Positions 1-8,155 of a DNA stretch of 64,000 nt are shown piece after piece. Below the pieces are notes generated by a model that searched no databases, was not told the DNA's origin, and was given only the letters and a program-made list of their open reading frames with translations. The first letter of the stretch is position 1. Each line of letters begins with the position of its first letter. The translations under genes and the position numbers were made by a program. The stretch lies in the IMG/VR virus record IMGVR_UViG_3300025098_000014; one strand, 5' to 3'. Origin of the DNA: a virus.

Positions 1-11
1 TTTAGTGTACG

Positions 12-146
12 TCATTGTGCTGTCTGTTCCATAGTTGTGTCGTAGTAGTTCATCATCTTGCTATCACGCTCCGCAAGGAATAGCAGGTAGCAAGTGAGAC
101 CCATGAAGACAAAGATGCCGCTTAGTAGATATTGTGTGATTTTCAT
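12..146 (-). CDS. small membrane peptide, 44 aa (paralogue of 1584..1715)
   Basis: Manual translation MKITQYLLSGIFVFMGLTCYLLFLAERDSKMMNYYDTTMEQTAQ; one hydrophobic helix; below the ORF-track cutoff. Confidence 0.7.
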   Translation of the reverse strand: MKITQYLLSGIFVFMGLTCYLLFLAERDSKMMNYYDTTMEQTAQ

Positions 147-151
147 AGTTA

Positions 152-319
152 TCAGAATACGTTGGTCCATGCTTGATGTTTAGCAGCACTAATCCTGCCA
201 TCTTGAAGTAATCCATCACAGACACGACAGAATACTTCAAACTTCTCCAATCGTGTCATGTTAGCATCAACACCAATTGCAGTTTCACCGACGACTTTGA
301 GAACTTGACCTTTGAGCAT
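152..319 (-). CDS. hypothetical protein, 55 aa
   Basis: Manual translation MLKGQVLK...VCDGLLQDGRISAAKHQAWTNVF; C-terminus resembles that of 381..569. Confidence 0.65.
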   Translation of the reverse strand: MLKGQVLKVVGETAIGVDANMTRLEKFEVFCRVCDGLLQDGRISAAKHQAWTNVF

Positions 320-342
320 GATGTAAAATAGAGGGATGAATG

Positions 343-374
343 ATGAAGCGATTAGAGTGAATTAATCGCTTCAT
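343..374 (-). terminator. stem-loop, repeated at 1741..1770
   Basis: ATGAAGCGATTA-N8-TAATCGCTTCAT inverted repeat just after the stop of 381..569; no U-tract in this copy. Confidence 0.55.
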
Positions 375-380
375 TTAAGA

Positions 381-569
381 TCAGAAAGGGTTAGACCATG
401 ACTCGTATTTCTTCATGGTGATGTAACCTTCCTTGCAAAGTGCATCAGTAAAGTATGACCACTGCAAACGCTTGGCAATTGCATCAGTCGCCATTTTTGT
501 GCCCTTAGTATCACATTTCCAGTTGTAACGGAATTGCTCTAGTGCTTGTGCTTTAGTGATGGATCGCAT
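381..569 (-). CDS. hypothetical early protein
   Basis: Likely start MRSITKAQ at 569, downstream of a promoter cassette. Confidence 0.7.
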   Translation of the reverse strand: MRSITKAQALEQFRYNWKCDTKGTKMATDAIAKRLQWSYFTDALCKEGYITMKKYESWSNPF

Positions 570-593
570 GGGGTGTTTTCCTTTGACTCTCTT

Positions 594-648
594 ATAATAC
601 ACGAAAACAGACCCCGCACAACCAGGGCTAGACCAGTTCCCCAACTGG
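594..648 (-). promoter_or_regulatory. early promoter cassette: -10 TATTAT plus upstream palindrome CCAGTT-N4-AACTGG
   Basis: -10 at 594-599, palindrome at 633-648; same 39-nt offset recurs at other sites. Confidence 0.75.
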
Positions 649-667
649 ATGGAAAAAACACTAAATG

Positions 668-868
668 TTATCCATGGTTCTCCATAAATTCATCGAGAGT
701 GTAACCTTCGCCTGTTGATGTTTCTTCAATTAATTGTTCTATTGTGTACGATTCCATCTCTTTACGATATTCTTCTGGTGTTGGATCTTGTGGATCGTAA
801 TCATCGTGGCAGAGGTAATCCCACTCATGAACAAGTGCATCAATCAATTGTTCTTTAGTGTAGTTCAT
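668..868 (-). CDS. hypothetical acidic protein
   Basis: 66-aa ORF, ATGA-coupled to the upstream gene. Confidence 0.7.
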   Translation of the reverse strand: MNYTKEQLIDALVHEWDYLCHDDYDPQDPTPEEYRKEMESYTIEQLIEETSTGEGYTLDEFMENHG

Positions 869-1200
869 ACAAAAAATGCCTCTAATCCTGTATAATTAAT
901 TTGCATCGAAGTGAAGGAAGTAGTATCCTTAATGCACACCTCCTTTCCTACCTTATTTGAGTTGATGGGGGAATGATAAGTGTGCGTAGTGCCTCTCTTT
1001 GCTGTTGTCTTTGTTTTACAGAATCCCCAGATTGTGCGAACACGATCAGTAGTGTAACTATAAACATCTGGATGAAGTAACCAAATACGAAGTAAGTTCT
1101 TCTTGTATTCTTCACATTCATATGAATATCCATCTGGGGCATTATGATAGAAACTCGGTGGTAGTTCCATCGGTTGGTTCATCATCAGAGGTGTCTTCAT
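865..1200 (-). CDS. hypothetical protein
   Basis: 111-aa ORF in a co-directional cluster. Confidence 0.65.
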   Translation of the reverse strand: MKTPLMMNQPMELPPSFYHNAPDGYSYECEEYKKNLLRIWLLHPDVYSYTTDRVRTIWGFCKTKTTAKRGTTHTYHSPINSNKVGKEVCIKDTTSFTSMQINYTGLEAFFV

Positions 1201-1583
1201 TATACCAGAAATCGTACCAATCGTGAGGTGAGTTTGTTACATCTTCAATGTTATTCATTTACAGTAAGATGGTTGAATTTGACACAATTTGTCGTTTCTC
1301 TTATCAACAACATTTTGCATATTGTCGGCAAGATCAATACAGAGCAATGCCCCGAAAAGACAAATAGAACAAACAAGAGTAACTCTTAAAACTATCACTG
1401 GACAATCTCCACTAGTTTATCCATAACTGGTTTAAGATCATGTTCTTCAGCGTCACTCAAATCAATATACATTTGTTCAATACACCATAGAATTACATCT
1501 GCTTGCGCTTTAGTAACTTCAATTGTACTGAATGTGGAGGTTGTCATTTTTTTGGAAATTGTGGTCTTTACTATTTAATGAGG

Positions 1584-1715
1584 TTAACGAACTCTCTCAA
1601 TTGTTGAGTCATAATAGTTCATCATCTTACTATCACGCTCCGCAAGGAATAGCAGGTAGCATGTGATAGTGACAAAGGCAATAATGCCACTTAGAAGAAA
1701 TTGTGTGCCTCTCAT
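1584..1715 (-). CDS. small membrane peptide, 43 aa (paralogue of 12..146)
   Basis: Manual translation MRGTQFLLSGIIAFVTITCYLLFLAERDSKMMNYYDSTIERVR. Confidence 0.7.
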   Translation of the reverse strand: MRGTQFLLSGIIAFVTITCYLLFLAERDSKMMNYYDSTIERVR

Positions 1716-1733
1716 TGTGTTAGATAGAAGGAT

Positions 1734-1770
1734 AAAAAAATGAAGCGATTAGAGTGAGTTAATCGCTTCA
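1734..1770 (-). terminator. rho-independent terminator
   Basis: TGAAGCGATTA-N8-TAATCGCTTCA followed by T7 on the minus strand, right after the stop of 1772..2026. Confidence 0.7.
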
Positions 1771-1771
1771 A

Positions 1772-2026
1772 TCACCAGCGAGTTTGAATTAGTGCAGAGT
1801 TGAAAAGTTGTGGTTCTGTATGCATATCAGTAACTTCATACTTATAACCCTCAACACGATTCTCAACCTCTTTCTCAAATGATTCTTTGTTGATATATGA
1901 CTTAGATTGCATTTTATCGCAGAATGTAACTGTCTTATACATTAGACGCTCGCTGATAGTTCCATCAGCATACTTGACGGGATAGAAGTCAACTACCATG
2001 TGAGCGCCGTTTGCTGTGAGTTGCAT
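1772..2026 (-). CDS. hypothetical early protein
   Basis: 84-aa ORF between a promoter cassette and a terminator. Confidence 0.75.
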   Translation of the reverse strand: MQLTANGAHMVVDFYPVKYADGTISERLMYKTVTFCDKMQSKSYINKESFEKEVENRVEGYKYEVTDMHTEPQLFNSALIQTRW

Positions 2027-2055
2027 GCTGTGAGGTGTGTTCCTTTGACTCTCTT

Positions 2056-2110
2056 ATAATACACGAGATCGGGGACCGATCAACCGGGGCTATGCCACTT
2101 CGGGAAGTGG
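2056..2110 (-). promoter_or_regulatory. early promoter cassette
   Basis: -10 TATTAT at 2056-2061, TTGATC at 2078-2083, palindrome CCACTT-N4-AAGTGG at 2095-2110; 2040-2066 is identical to 578-604. Confidence 0.75.
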
Positions 2111-2596
2111 TTGGATAATGGAGAACCGTGATTGATAATTATATGCGAACCGAGTACGATTGCCATGGATACCCCACCCCAACCAATTATATGCATGTTT
2201 CATATAGAAATCTACTGATTGATCCTCACTCCTAAGATAAAGTTCATAACGATTCCATTGAGGTTCGTTTACCATGTAACGCAATTGGGTTTCAATACTA
2301 TCAACATTTCCACCAAACTTAGCAGCAAAAGATCCTAATCCATAATAACGATTGGGAGAGGTCCACTGAATTAAACCAAATCCACCTGATTTACATCCAT
2401 GATATCCAGTCATTGCGCCACCCTCACAAACTAGCGTCTCAAACTTAGACTCTTGTTTAATATTGCCCAACACGACAGCAAGTGCATTTTGATTGCGAAT
2501 TCCTCGCTTCTGGAGAAACTCAAGTGTTTTTTGTTCGTTTGTTGTACAATCAAAGCAAACTATAATTGGTGCGGGAGGTTGATTGTAAGTAATCAT
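2090..2596 (-). CDS. phage tail lysozyme-like (Phage_lysozyme2) cell-wall hydrolase
   Basis: GNIKQES, GFGLIQWT..R and TQLRY motifs. Confidence 0.75.
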   Translation of the reverse strand: MITYNQPPAPIIVCFDCTTNEQKTLEFLQKRGIRNQNALAVVLGNIKQESKFETLVCEGGAMTGYHGCKSGGFGLIQWTSPNRYYGLGSFAAKFGGNVDSIETQLRYMVNEPQWNRYELYLRSEDQSVDFYMKHAYNWLGWGIHGNRTRFAYNYQSRFSIIQPLPEVA

Positions 2597-2805
2597 AAGA
2601 ATAATTTAGAAGAAGAAATAAAGAGTAGAAATGATAACATAAGAACTACATCCCATGACTTAGTTCTTACAAAGTACGGCACTGATATTAAATCAGCAAC
2701 CAACATCATCATAGCACCTAGAGTTGAACTTACATGAAGAACAATGAAGTATGAGATGATAGAAAGGACACTACCAATAATTCTGGCAGTGACATCAATT
2801 TTCAT
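2593..2805 (-). CDS. small membrane protein
   Basis: 70 aa with 2-3 hydrophobic segments; coupled to neighbours by 4-nt overlaps. Confidence 0.65.
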   Translation of the reverse strand: MKIDVTARIIGSVLSIISYFIVLHVSSTLGAMMMLVADLISVPYFVRTKSWDVVLMLSFLLFISSSKLFL

Positions 2806-2990
2806 GTTGCTGTCTCTCGTTTGATATTTTTTTCGATCTCTTTCAGATATCTTGCCTTGCCTGGTGTCATCGATGTAACAACAACAGCACCATTAGGACC
2901 GTGCCAAGTGTAGTGTTTGCCGATTCGATACAAGATGAAATCATAAGATTTCATTAATTTTCGCAGTTCTTTGGGGATCTTGGTACTCAT
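2802..2990 (-). CDS. HicA-like (dsRBD-fold) protein
   Basis: KEL.KLM..Y.F...R.GKH..W..P.G..V..S.TP pattern; 62 aa, basic. Confidence 0.55.
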   Translation of the reverse strand: MSTKIPKELRKLMKSYDFILYRIGKHYTWHGPNGAVVVTSMTPGKARYLKEIEKNIKRETAT

Positions 2991-3011
2991 GGAGGTGTCT
3001 TAACCTTACAT

Positions 3012-3066
3012 ATTCTAGCACCCCACCACTAGAGTGGCAAGGTAGCGGGTCCGGTTCGTGAACTGG
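3012..3066 (-). promoter_or_regulatory. early promoter cassette
   Basis: TTGCCA(3035-3040)-N17-TAGAAT(3012-3017); palindrome CCAGTT-N4-AACCGG at 3051-3066. Confidence 0.8.
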
Positions 3067-3280
3067 TTGATTTCTCTAACCTTTTGCAGAGATTTAAGGC
3101 AGACTGATAGTTACGGCAGACCTTATATTGTCTGCCCTGATGTATAACTACGAATTTTTTGCTATTTACAAGCGGGACCGCTGCCACTAACCCGTTTTTG
3201 CTCACATATCCAGAATATCTTAGTTGTGCATCAAGGATGTGAGTATTTGTATGATAGAAGGAACGATAGTTATCAGACAT
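3029..3280 (-). CDS. hypothetical protein
   Basis: 83-aa ORF whose 3' end runs into the promoter cassette. Confidence 0.6.
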   Translation of the reverse strand: MSDNYRSFYHTNTHILDAQLRYSGYVSKNGLVAAVPLVNSKKFVVIHQGRQYKVCRNYQSALNLCKRLEKSTSSRTGPATLPL

Positions 3281-3448
3281 TCATATTAACACGCATGATT
3301 TGCACATTACCATACTGAGATTCAACGAGTTGTTCTGCACCTTGTTGATCTTGGCACTGAACATTGACAGTTTGCATTCCAGTCCTAGCAGAGTAGAATG
3401 TGACTTCAGCAGAGCGATTGTTGTTTCCGAACATAATAAAAGAGAGAA

Positions 3449-4717
3449 TTAGGCGAATGAGTGAGCAGGGAGACCGTCAACAAAGATGAGATCGATGACT
3501 CTTTGCAAACGATTGCGTGTTGCTTGTGATGCTTTGCCACACAGAGGGACAGTCACAACACCGTGAGATTTACGGTAATCTGATAATTTGCCAGGGATGA
3601 TTCTACCCTCTGCAATATCCTTTGCATCATCTTTGTGTAGACGGATGACACGACCGATAGTCTGTGCCATCTCAATCACGGGCAGATTACGCAGTAGAAT
3701 AGTATGAGTCAAACCAGGGACATTGATACCCTCAGACAGAATGGAGTAGTGAAAGACGATAAACTTTTTGTCATCATCTTTACCCCACTCAGTGAGGGTT
3801 TCAAAGAACTTATCACGACCAACTTTCTGACGATTGACATATGCACCATGCTTTGATGTAATATGTAAGATGTCATATCCCATCTCATTGAGTGAATCAA
3901 GGATATCTGTGCGTGATAGCATAGCCCACAATATGCGAGTATTGGGAGCAGCAACTAGAATCTTTGCAGAACTCTCATCACCAAGATCATCGATGATATC
4001 TAACACCATCTCACGATCTACATCATGTGCATTATGCTTGTTACGCACAAGTTCTGTCTCATGGACAACTAACTCTGGAGGAATGATGCTGCCATTGTTG
4101 ATAAGTTCGGGGGCAGGTACACTCTCCAGAGTATCACCGAAGACGACTTTATTGTTCATCCCAGCAGCATACGGATTGCGTGAGTATTTGGGAGTTGCAG
4201 TAAAGAAATAAGCATTAGATGCTAGTTGTGAAGTAGCAGCAACACCAACAAAGTGATTCTTTTGAGTTGCATTGTGTGCTTCATCACAATACAAAACATC
4301 GACTTTGATGCCACTGTCAACAATCTTGTGTAAACTGTGGTAGGTAGTGAAGATCAGTTGATGGACAACTGCATTCATACAAACATCATCATGACGCTGA
4401 ATCTCAGCGACTTTAGTAGTCTTGAAATGAGAAGTCTCACCACTGTGAATATGCATCACAGTATAGTTGTTGTTGTACTCATATCCATCAATACCGTCAA
4501 GATATTGCATGAACTCACTACAAAGTTGTGAAGCGAGGAGAATACGAGGAGCAACAACAACTACAGTGAGAGGATTGACTGCACTGTCAAGTTTACGAAC
4601 ACAATCTTCCATCATGATGACGGTCTTGCCGCCACCAGTAGGAACATAGACACACCCTTTAGTTGCGTTTTGAATAGCATCAAGAGCGCGTTTCTGGTGA
4701 GGTCGGAGTTGCATCAA
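3449..4717 (-). CDS. SF2 DEAD/DEAH-box helicase (ResIII-like)
   Basis: LRPHQ, PTGGGKT, DEAH, TAT and QTIGRVIR motifs. Confidence 0.9.
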   Translation of the reverse strand: MMQLRPHQKRALDAIQNATKGCVYVPTGGGKTVIMMEDCVRKLDSAVNPLTVVVVAPRILLASQLCSEFMQYLDGIDGYEYNNNYTVMHIHSGETSHFKTTKVAEIQRHDDVCMNAVVHQLIFTTYHSLHKIVDSGIKVDVLYCDEAHNATQKNHFVGVAATSQLASNAYFFTATPKYSRNPYAAGMNNKVVFGDTLESVPAPELINNGSIIPPELVVHETELVRNKHNAHDVDREMVLDIIDDLGDESSAKILVAAPNTRILWAMLSRTDILDSLNEMGYDILHITSKHGAYVNRQKVGRDKFFETLTEWGKDDDKKFIVFHYSILSEGINVPGLTHTILLRNLPVIEMAQTIGRVIRLHKDDAKDIAEGRIIPGKLSDYRKSHGVVTVPLCGKASQATRNRLQRVIDLIFVDGLPAHSFA

Positions 4718-4740
4718 GTGCGTTGCTTGCTTATGGGTTA

Positions 4741-4795
4741 ATTATAGCAGATCCATATCCTTGCGTCTATGACCACCAGACGGTTCATCAACTGT
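4741..4795 (-). promoter_or_regulatory. early promoter cassette
   Basis: TAGACG-N17-TATAAT(4741-4746); palindrome ACAGTT-N4-AACCGT at 4780-4795. Confidence 0.8.
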
Positions 4796-4895
4796 CCTAG
4801 TATACTCGTACCATGGATGAGTATACTCTTGTTGCATATTATTCTCTACCCATTTCTTCAGAGATTCGTATCTCGCTTTCCAAATTAACGCTTCT

Positions 4896-5096
4896 TCAGT
4901 CATTTTTGTCTAATACTTCAATGTGTGATAGAAATTGTGCAGGTGCTTGAAACCATAACATTTGTGCATGTTCCCAATTGTCAACAACTACAGATTGTTT
5001 ATTTGAATAAACAATTTTGTAATCATGTCTCTCATAAGACTCGCTAGAAGTTTCTGTGAAATAACGCGGATCGTTACGGTCAATCAATTGGGACAT
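4896..5096 (-). CDS. hypothetical protein
   Basis: 66-aa ORF. Confidence 0.6.
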   Translation of the reverse strand: MSQLIDRNDPRYFTETSSESYERHDYKIVYSNKQSVVVDNWEHAQMLWFQAPAQFLSHIEVLDKND

Positions 5097-5237
5097 TCTG
5101 GTTTGAGTCGATGTCCATATTCTATCACAACTTCATCGTGTTCTGCGAGGTCAGTTGTGACAGTTCTTCGAGTGATTTTATACTTATCACCAAGCATTTT
5201 AGCAGCAGTATGCAAAGCCCATGCTAATTCATTGTCT

Positions 5238-5435
5238 TTAGACATTTTTCTCCGCTCGTATTTGCTTGAAGTATAGTTTATAATAGTTTTTCTTTATAGA
5301 TTCAATCTTGAGCATATCTTCTTCAAATCCTAAGAATTTAAGCATCTGATATGACCCCTCTAACTCACTAATTAACCTTGCATAATTAGCAGAACATCTC
5401 TCCTGTCCACCAAATTCATACTTACTCAACGCCAT
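5238..5435 (-). CDS. hypothetical protein
   Basis: ORF, probable start MALSKYEF. Confidence 0.6.
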   Translation of the reverse strand: MALSKYEFGGQERCSANYARLISELEGSYQMLKFLGFEEDMLKIESIKKNYYKLYFKQIRAEKNV

Positions 5436-5769
5436 ATAATACTCCACCTTTGAATGTTAAATATCGTCGCGGAAGTGCTGCATAGTGCGCGTTCCACTGC
5501 GCTGGATATACTTCTATCTCCTTATCTATGAATACGGGACTAACTTTACCATGACAACCATTTGGAACTGGTTTTACTTTCTCCCATATATTCTCTGCTT
5601 TCTCATTGATAATAAGATCTTGTGTTCCTTGATAATTGATATCCCACAATCTACCTAGAGGATCTATCCAATAATGATACATGCAACACTCTAAGTCCTT
5701 GGTCTGCAATTCTTTAGTAAACCCAGCACCAAGATCATAAGAAGATCTTAGAGTATCAAACATGCCCAT
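5422..5769 (-). CDS. hypothetical protein (MGMFD N-terminus)
   Basis: 115-aa ORF with MGMFD...QTKDL motif. Confidence 0.7.
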   Translation of the reverse strand: MGMFDTLRSSYDLGAGFTKELQTKDLECCMYHYWIDPLGRLWDINYQGTQDLIINEKAENIWEKVKPVPNGCHGKVSPVFIDKEIEVYPAQWNAHYAALPRRYLTFKGGVLYGVE

Positions 5770-5770
5770 G

Positions 5771-6475
5771 TTATTGATAGATGTGAAACATCATACCGTG
5801 GTATCCAGAGTTATACTTTTTGCCTGATCCTTTCATCTGAAGATGGAACAGTTTAACTCCACTAGCGGTACGAAAATGTAATGTCGTATTATTTAGAGTC
5901 CACTCTCCATCCTCACATAACTCTCTAAGATATGCAACATCGATGAAGCGCATTTCATCAGTTTTCTTATTACGCCATATCATTTGACTCACAGGATATC
6001 CATCATTAAGACCATGACGCACTATCACATCAAAAATTGCCATCTTATTGGCGTTCATGAAGGTCATGAAGGCGTCTTTAATACCCTGAGGGATATTGTC
6101 AGCGTACACACGATTTTGACGGATCTCAGCGTCACTCAGAACGAGATCCTTATGGCGTAAACAAACAGTAGACATACCAAAGTTATTAGGAACACCAAAG
6201 AACAACCTAATAAACAGAGCTGGAAAAGTCTCTTGAAGTCCAAAATACTCAATGAATTTACGAGAGGATAATAATGCTACTTGAGTATGGTTCTTACTTA
6301 CATTCTTGACAGAGTATGCAATACCAGAATCGTTGTCATAAACATCGACTTTAGTATCTGGGCGACCATTAACAACATGATCACCACCAAATACCTCATT
6401 TAAATATGCGGGAAGATCATGCTCATATGCGTGACCCTCAAATTTGGCGAGTCGTCCTGCTTCAGTAGCGTTCAT
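5771..6475 (-). CDS. PD-(D/E)xK endonuclease, HinP1I/MspI-like
   Basis: G..YE, KVDV...SVK, TQV and LQMKG spacing as in MspI/HinP1I-type enzymes. Confidence 0.6.
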   Translation of the reverse strand: MNATEAGRLAKFEGHAYEHDLPAYLNEVFGGDHVVNGRPDTKVDVYDNDSGIAYSVKNVSKNHTQVALLSSRKFIEYFGLQETFPALFIRLFFGVPNNFGMSTVCLRHKDLVLSDAEIRQNRVYADNIPQGIKDAFMTFMNANKMAIFDVIVRHGLNDGYPVSQMIWRNKKTDEMRFIDVAYLRELCEDGEWTLNNTTLHFRTASGVKLFHLQMKGSGKKYNSGYHGMMFHIYQ

Positions 6476-6496
6476 GGTTCCCTGTCTTATGTCTAT

Positions 6497-6551
6497 ATTA
6501 TAGCAACTAGAACCGGATCATGACTTCTTTTTGGTCCGCTTCTTAAAGTGT
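6497..6551 (-). promoter_or_regulatory. early promoter cassette inside the 3' end of the halogenase-like gene
   Basis: TATAAT at 6497-6502; palindrome ACACTT-N4-AAGCGG at 6536-6551. Confidence 0.7.
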
Positions 6552-7933
6552 CCATCCATCATGGAGTCTAACACAATTTCACCAAATTTCTCACTAGGTT
6601 CCCACAATGGTGACATGAGAGGATATTTATCTGCATATGGAGCACCTAAACCATATACTGCTTGACAGAAACTTTGGTAGGGACCTAACATTCTATATGG
6701 TTCATCTGACTCATCTGTCATTCTTTGACGCAGATAAGTTTTATCCTCTGATTGTGCTTGATGTCTAAAATAATCAAGTCTAATGTTCTCTTCAACAGGA
6801 ACTTCTTCCATCTTCTCATATACTAATCTACGCTCAGTTGAGTGTAGATCTTTATCCTCAAGCAACCTACATGCCGTTTCTCTAGCGTTAATCCAGAAAT
6901 CAGATTGACGATACTGTGTACCAAATTGTAGATAGAATGCCATAAAAGCAGCAGCATCGATCTGGTGATCTCTCCACCTATCTTCAATTTCTAGACGCTG
7001 TAAGTTATTGCATGGACTATCATTATCACCAAATATAAATTCTCCTAATGCTTCGCCAACATCAGTCTCAACATAACTATTAAACCCAATTAAATCATCG
7101 TTCATACCTAGAGCACGACCACATCTTGCATACATTTTATTACTATGAATGCAATACTCAGATACTTTATGATCAGAATCAGTCTTCTTATATGAGCAAT
7201 GCTTTTTAACAGCGCAATGCTTATTAAAATCTTCTACTGCCTCTTCTTCAGTTGTAATCTCATGATCATATGAATAGATCCATGTTTGTGCATCTTGTGT
7301 AGGAATACCAGTCAAATATCCATGCTCACATGCAATAAATGCGCTGTAGTCCCAGTCACCAGGAATCTTACGATTAACAGTTAATTTTGTATCAGATGGA
7401 TTGAATAGTGCATCTTTAAATGAAGTCTTATCCCACAGTCCACCTCTTACACAGTCAACGACGAAATCAAACTCCTCACCGTCGATATATGCACTATCCT
7501 CATCAAATGTAACATCTTTAACTCTCTTATCAACTAAGTTAAGGTTAAAGTGTTGATTTCGTACATTATCCCAAAAGAAGTCAACAAACTTACCTTCATC
7601 AATATGCATTGATACCTCAGTAGGATCAAACATAACGAAGAAGTTTTTATCAGTACGATTACCAAACCCAATAAACTTTAACCCAAGTTTTTGAGTCGCA
7701 TCAAATCTTTTATGAAAGTCGAGTGTACTAATTGTGGTGTTGGTAGCAATAACAGTAAGCCAAAGTGTATTGACTTGCACTCCGAAGTTGTCAATTTTAT
7801 GCGAGCAATCCCGTATCCATGTAATTTCGTCATCCTGAAAAATGCTATCTGAATTATCTCTACGAGCAATGAGTTGTGTAACAGTCGCTACAGCATCTGC
7901 ACCTGCACCGATAACAGCGATTTTCCTACTCAT
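6518..7933 (-). CDS. tryptophan-halogenase-like flavoprotein (diverged)
   Basis: KIAVIGAG, DATQKLGLKF, DFVVDC, HGY..GIP and YLQFG....SDFW motifs. Confidence 0.75.
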   Translation of the reverse strand: MSRKIAVIGAGADAVATVTQLIARRDNSDSIFQDDEITWIRDCSHKIDNFGVQVNTLWLTVIATNTTISTLDFHKRFDATQKLGLKFIGFGNRTDKNFFVMFDPTEVSMHIDEGKFVDFFWDNVRNQHFNLNLVDKRVKDVTFDEDSAYIDGEEFDFVVDCVRGGLWDKTSFKDALFNPSDTKLTVNRKIPGDWDYSAFIACEHGYLTGIPTQDAQTWIYSYDHEITTEEEAVEDFNKHCAVKKHCSYKKTDSDHKVSEYCIHSNKMYARCGRALGMNDDLIGFNSYVETDVGEALGEFIFGDNDSPCNNLQRLEIEDRWRDHQIDAAAFMAFYLQFGTQYRQSDFWINARETACRLLEDKDLHSTERRLVYEKMEEVPVEENIRLDYFRHQAQSEDKTYLRQRMTDESDEPYRMLGPYQSFCQAVYGLGAPYADKYPLMSPLWEPSEKFGEIVLDSMMDGHFKKRTKKKS

Positions 7934-7956
7934 GCGTCTAGAATTATATCTTCGTC

Positions 7957-7963
7957 TATTTAG
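7957..7963 (-). promoter_or_regulatory. T4-type late promoter
   Basis: CTAAATA 24 nt upstream of the halogenase start. Confidence 0.55.
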
Positions 7964-8121
7964 TTAAGAACCGGTAGAATATCATAGTCTTCAATTCCTT
8001 GCTCTTTTAGCACATTAATGTACCAGATTACATCTTCTTGTCTGTAGAATACTGCCTTTTGAAATGAAGAGTATCCTTTCTTTGGACGCTTCCAACAGAG
8101 AGCGAATTTCATTGAACTCAT
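7960..8121 (-). CDS. hypothetical protein
   Basis: ORF, probable start MSSMKFAL. Confidence 0.5.
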   Translation of the reverse strand: MSSMKFALCWKRPKKGYSSFQKAVFYRQEDVIWYINVLKEQGIEDYDILPVLN

Positions 8122-8155
8122 AGCTATAGTTGTGCTGAACTTCGACAAAGTTAGT

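Noticed and set aside
343-1770. Repeated hairpin as a CRISPR repeat or integron attC
   Set aside because: Only two copies 1.4 kb apart; no spacers, no RYYYAAC/GTTRRRY boxes and no integrase.
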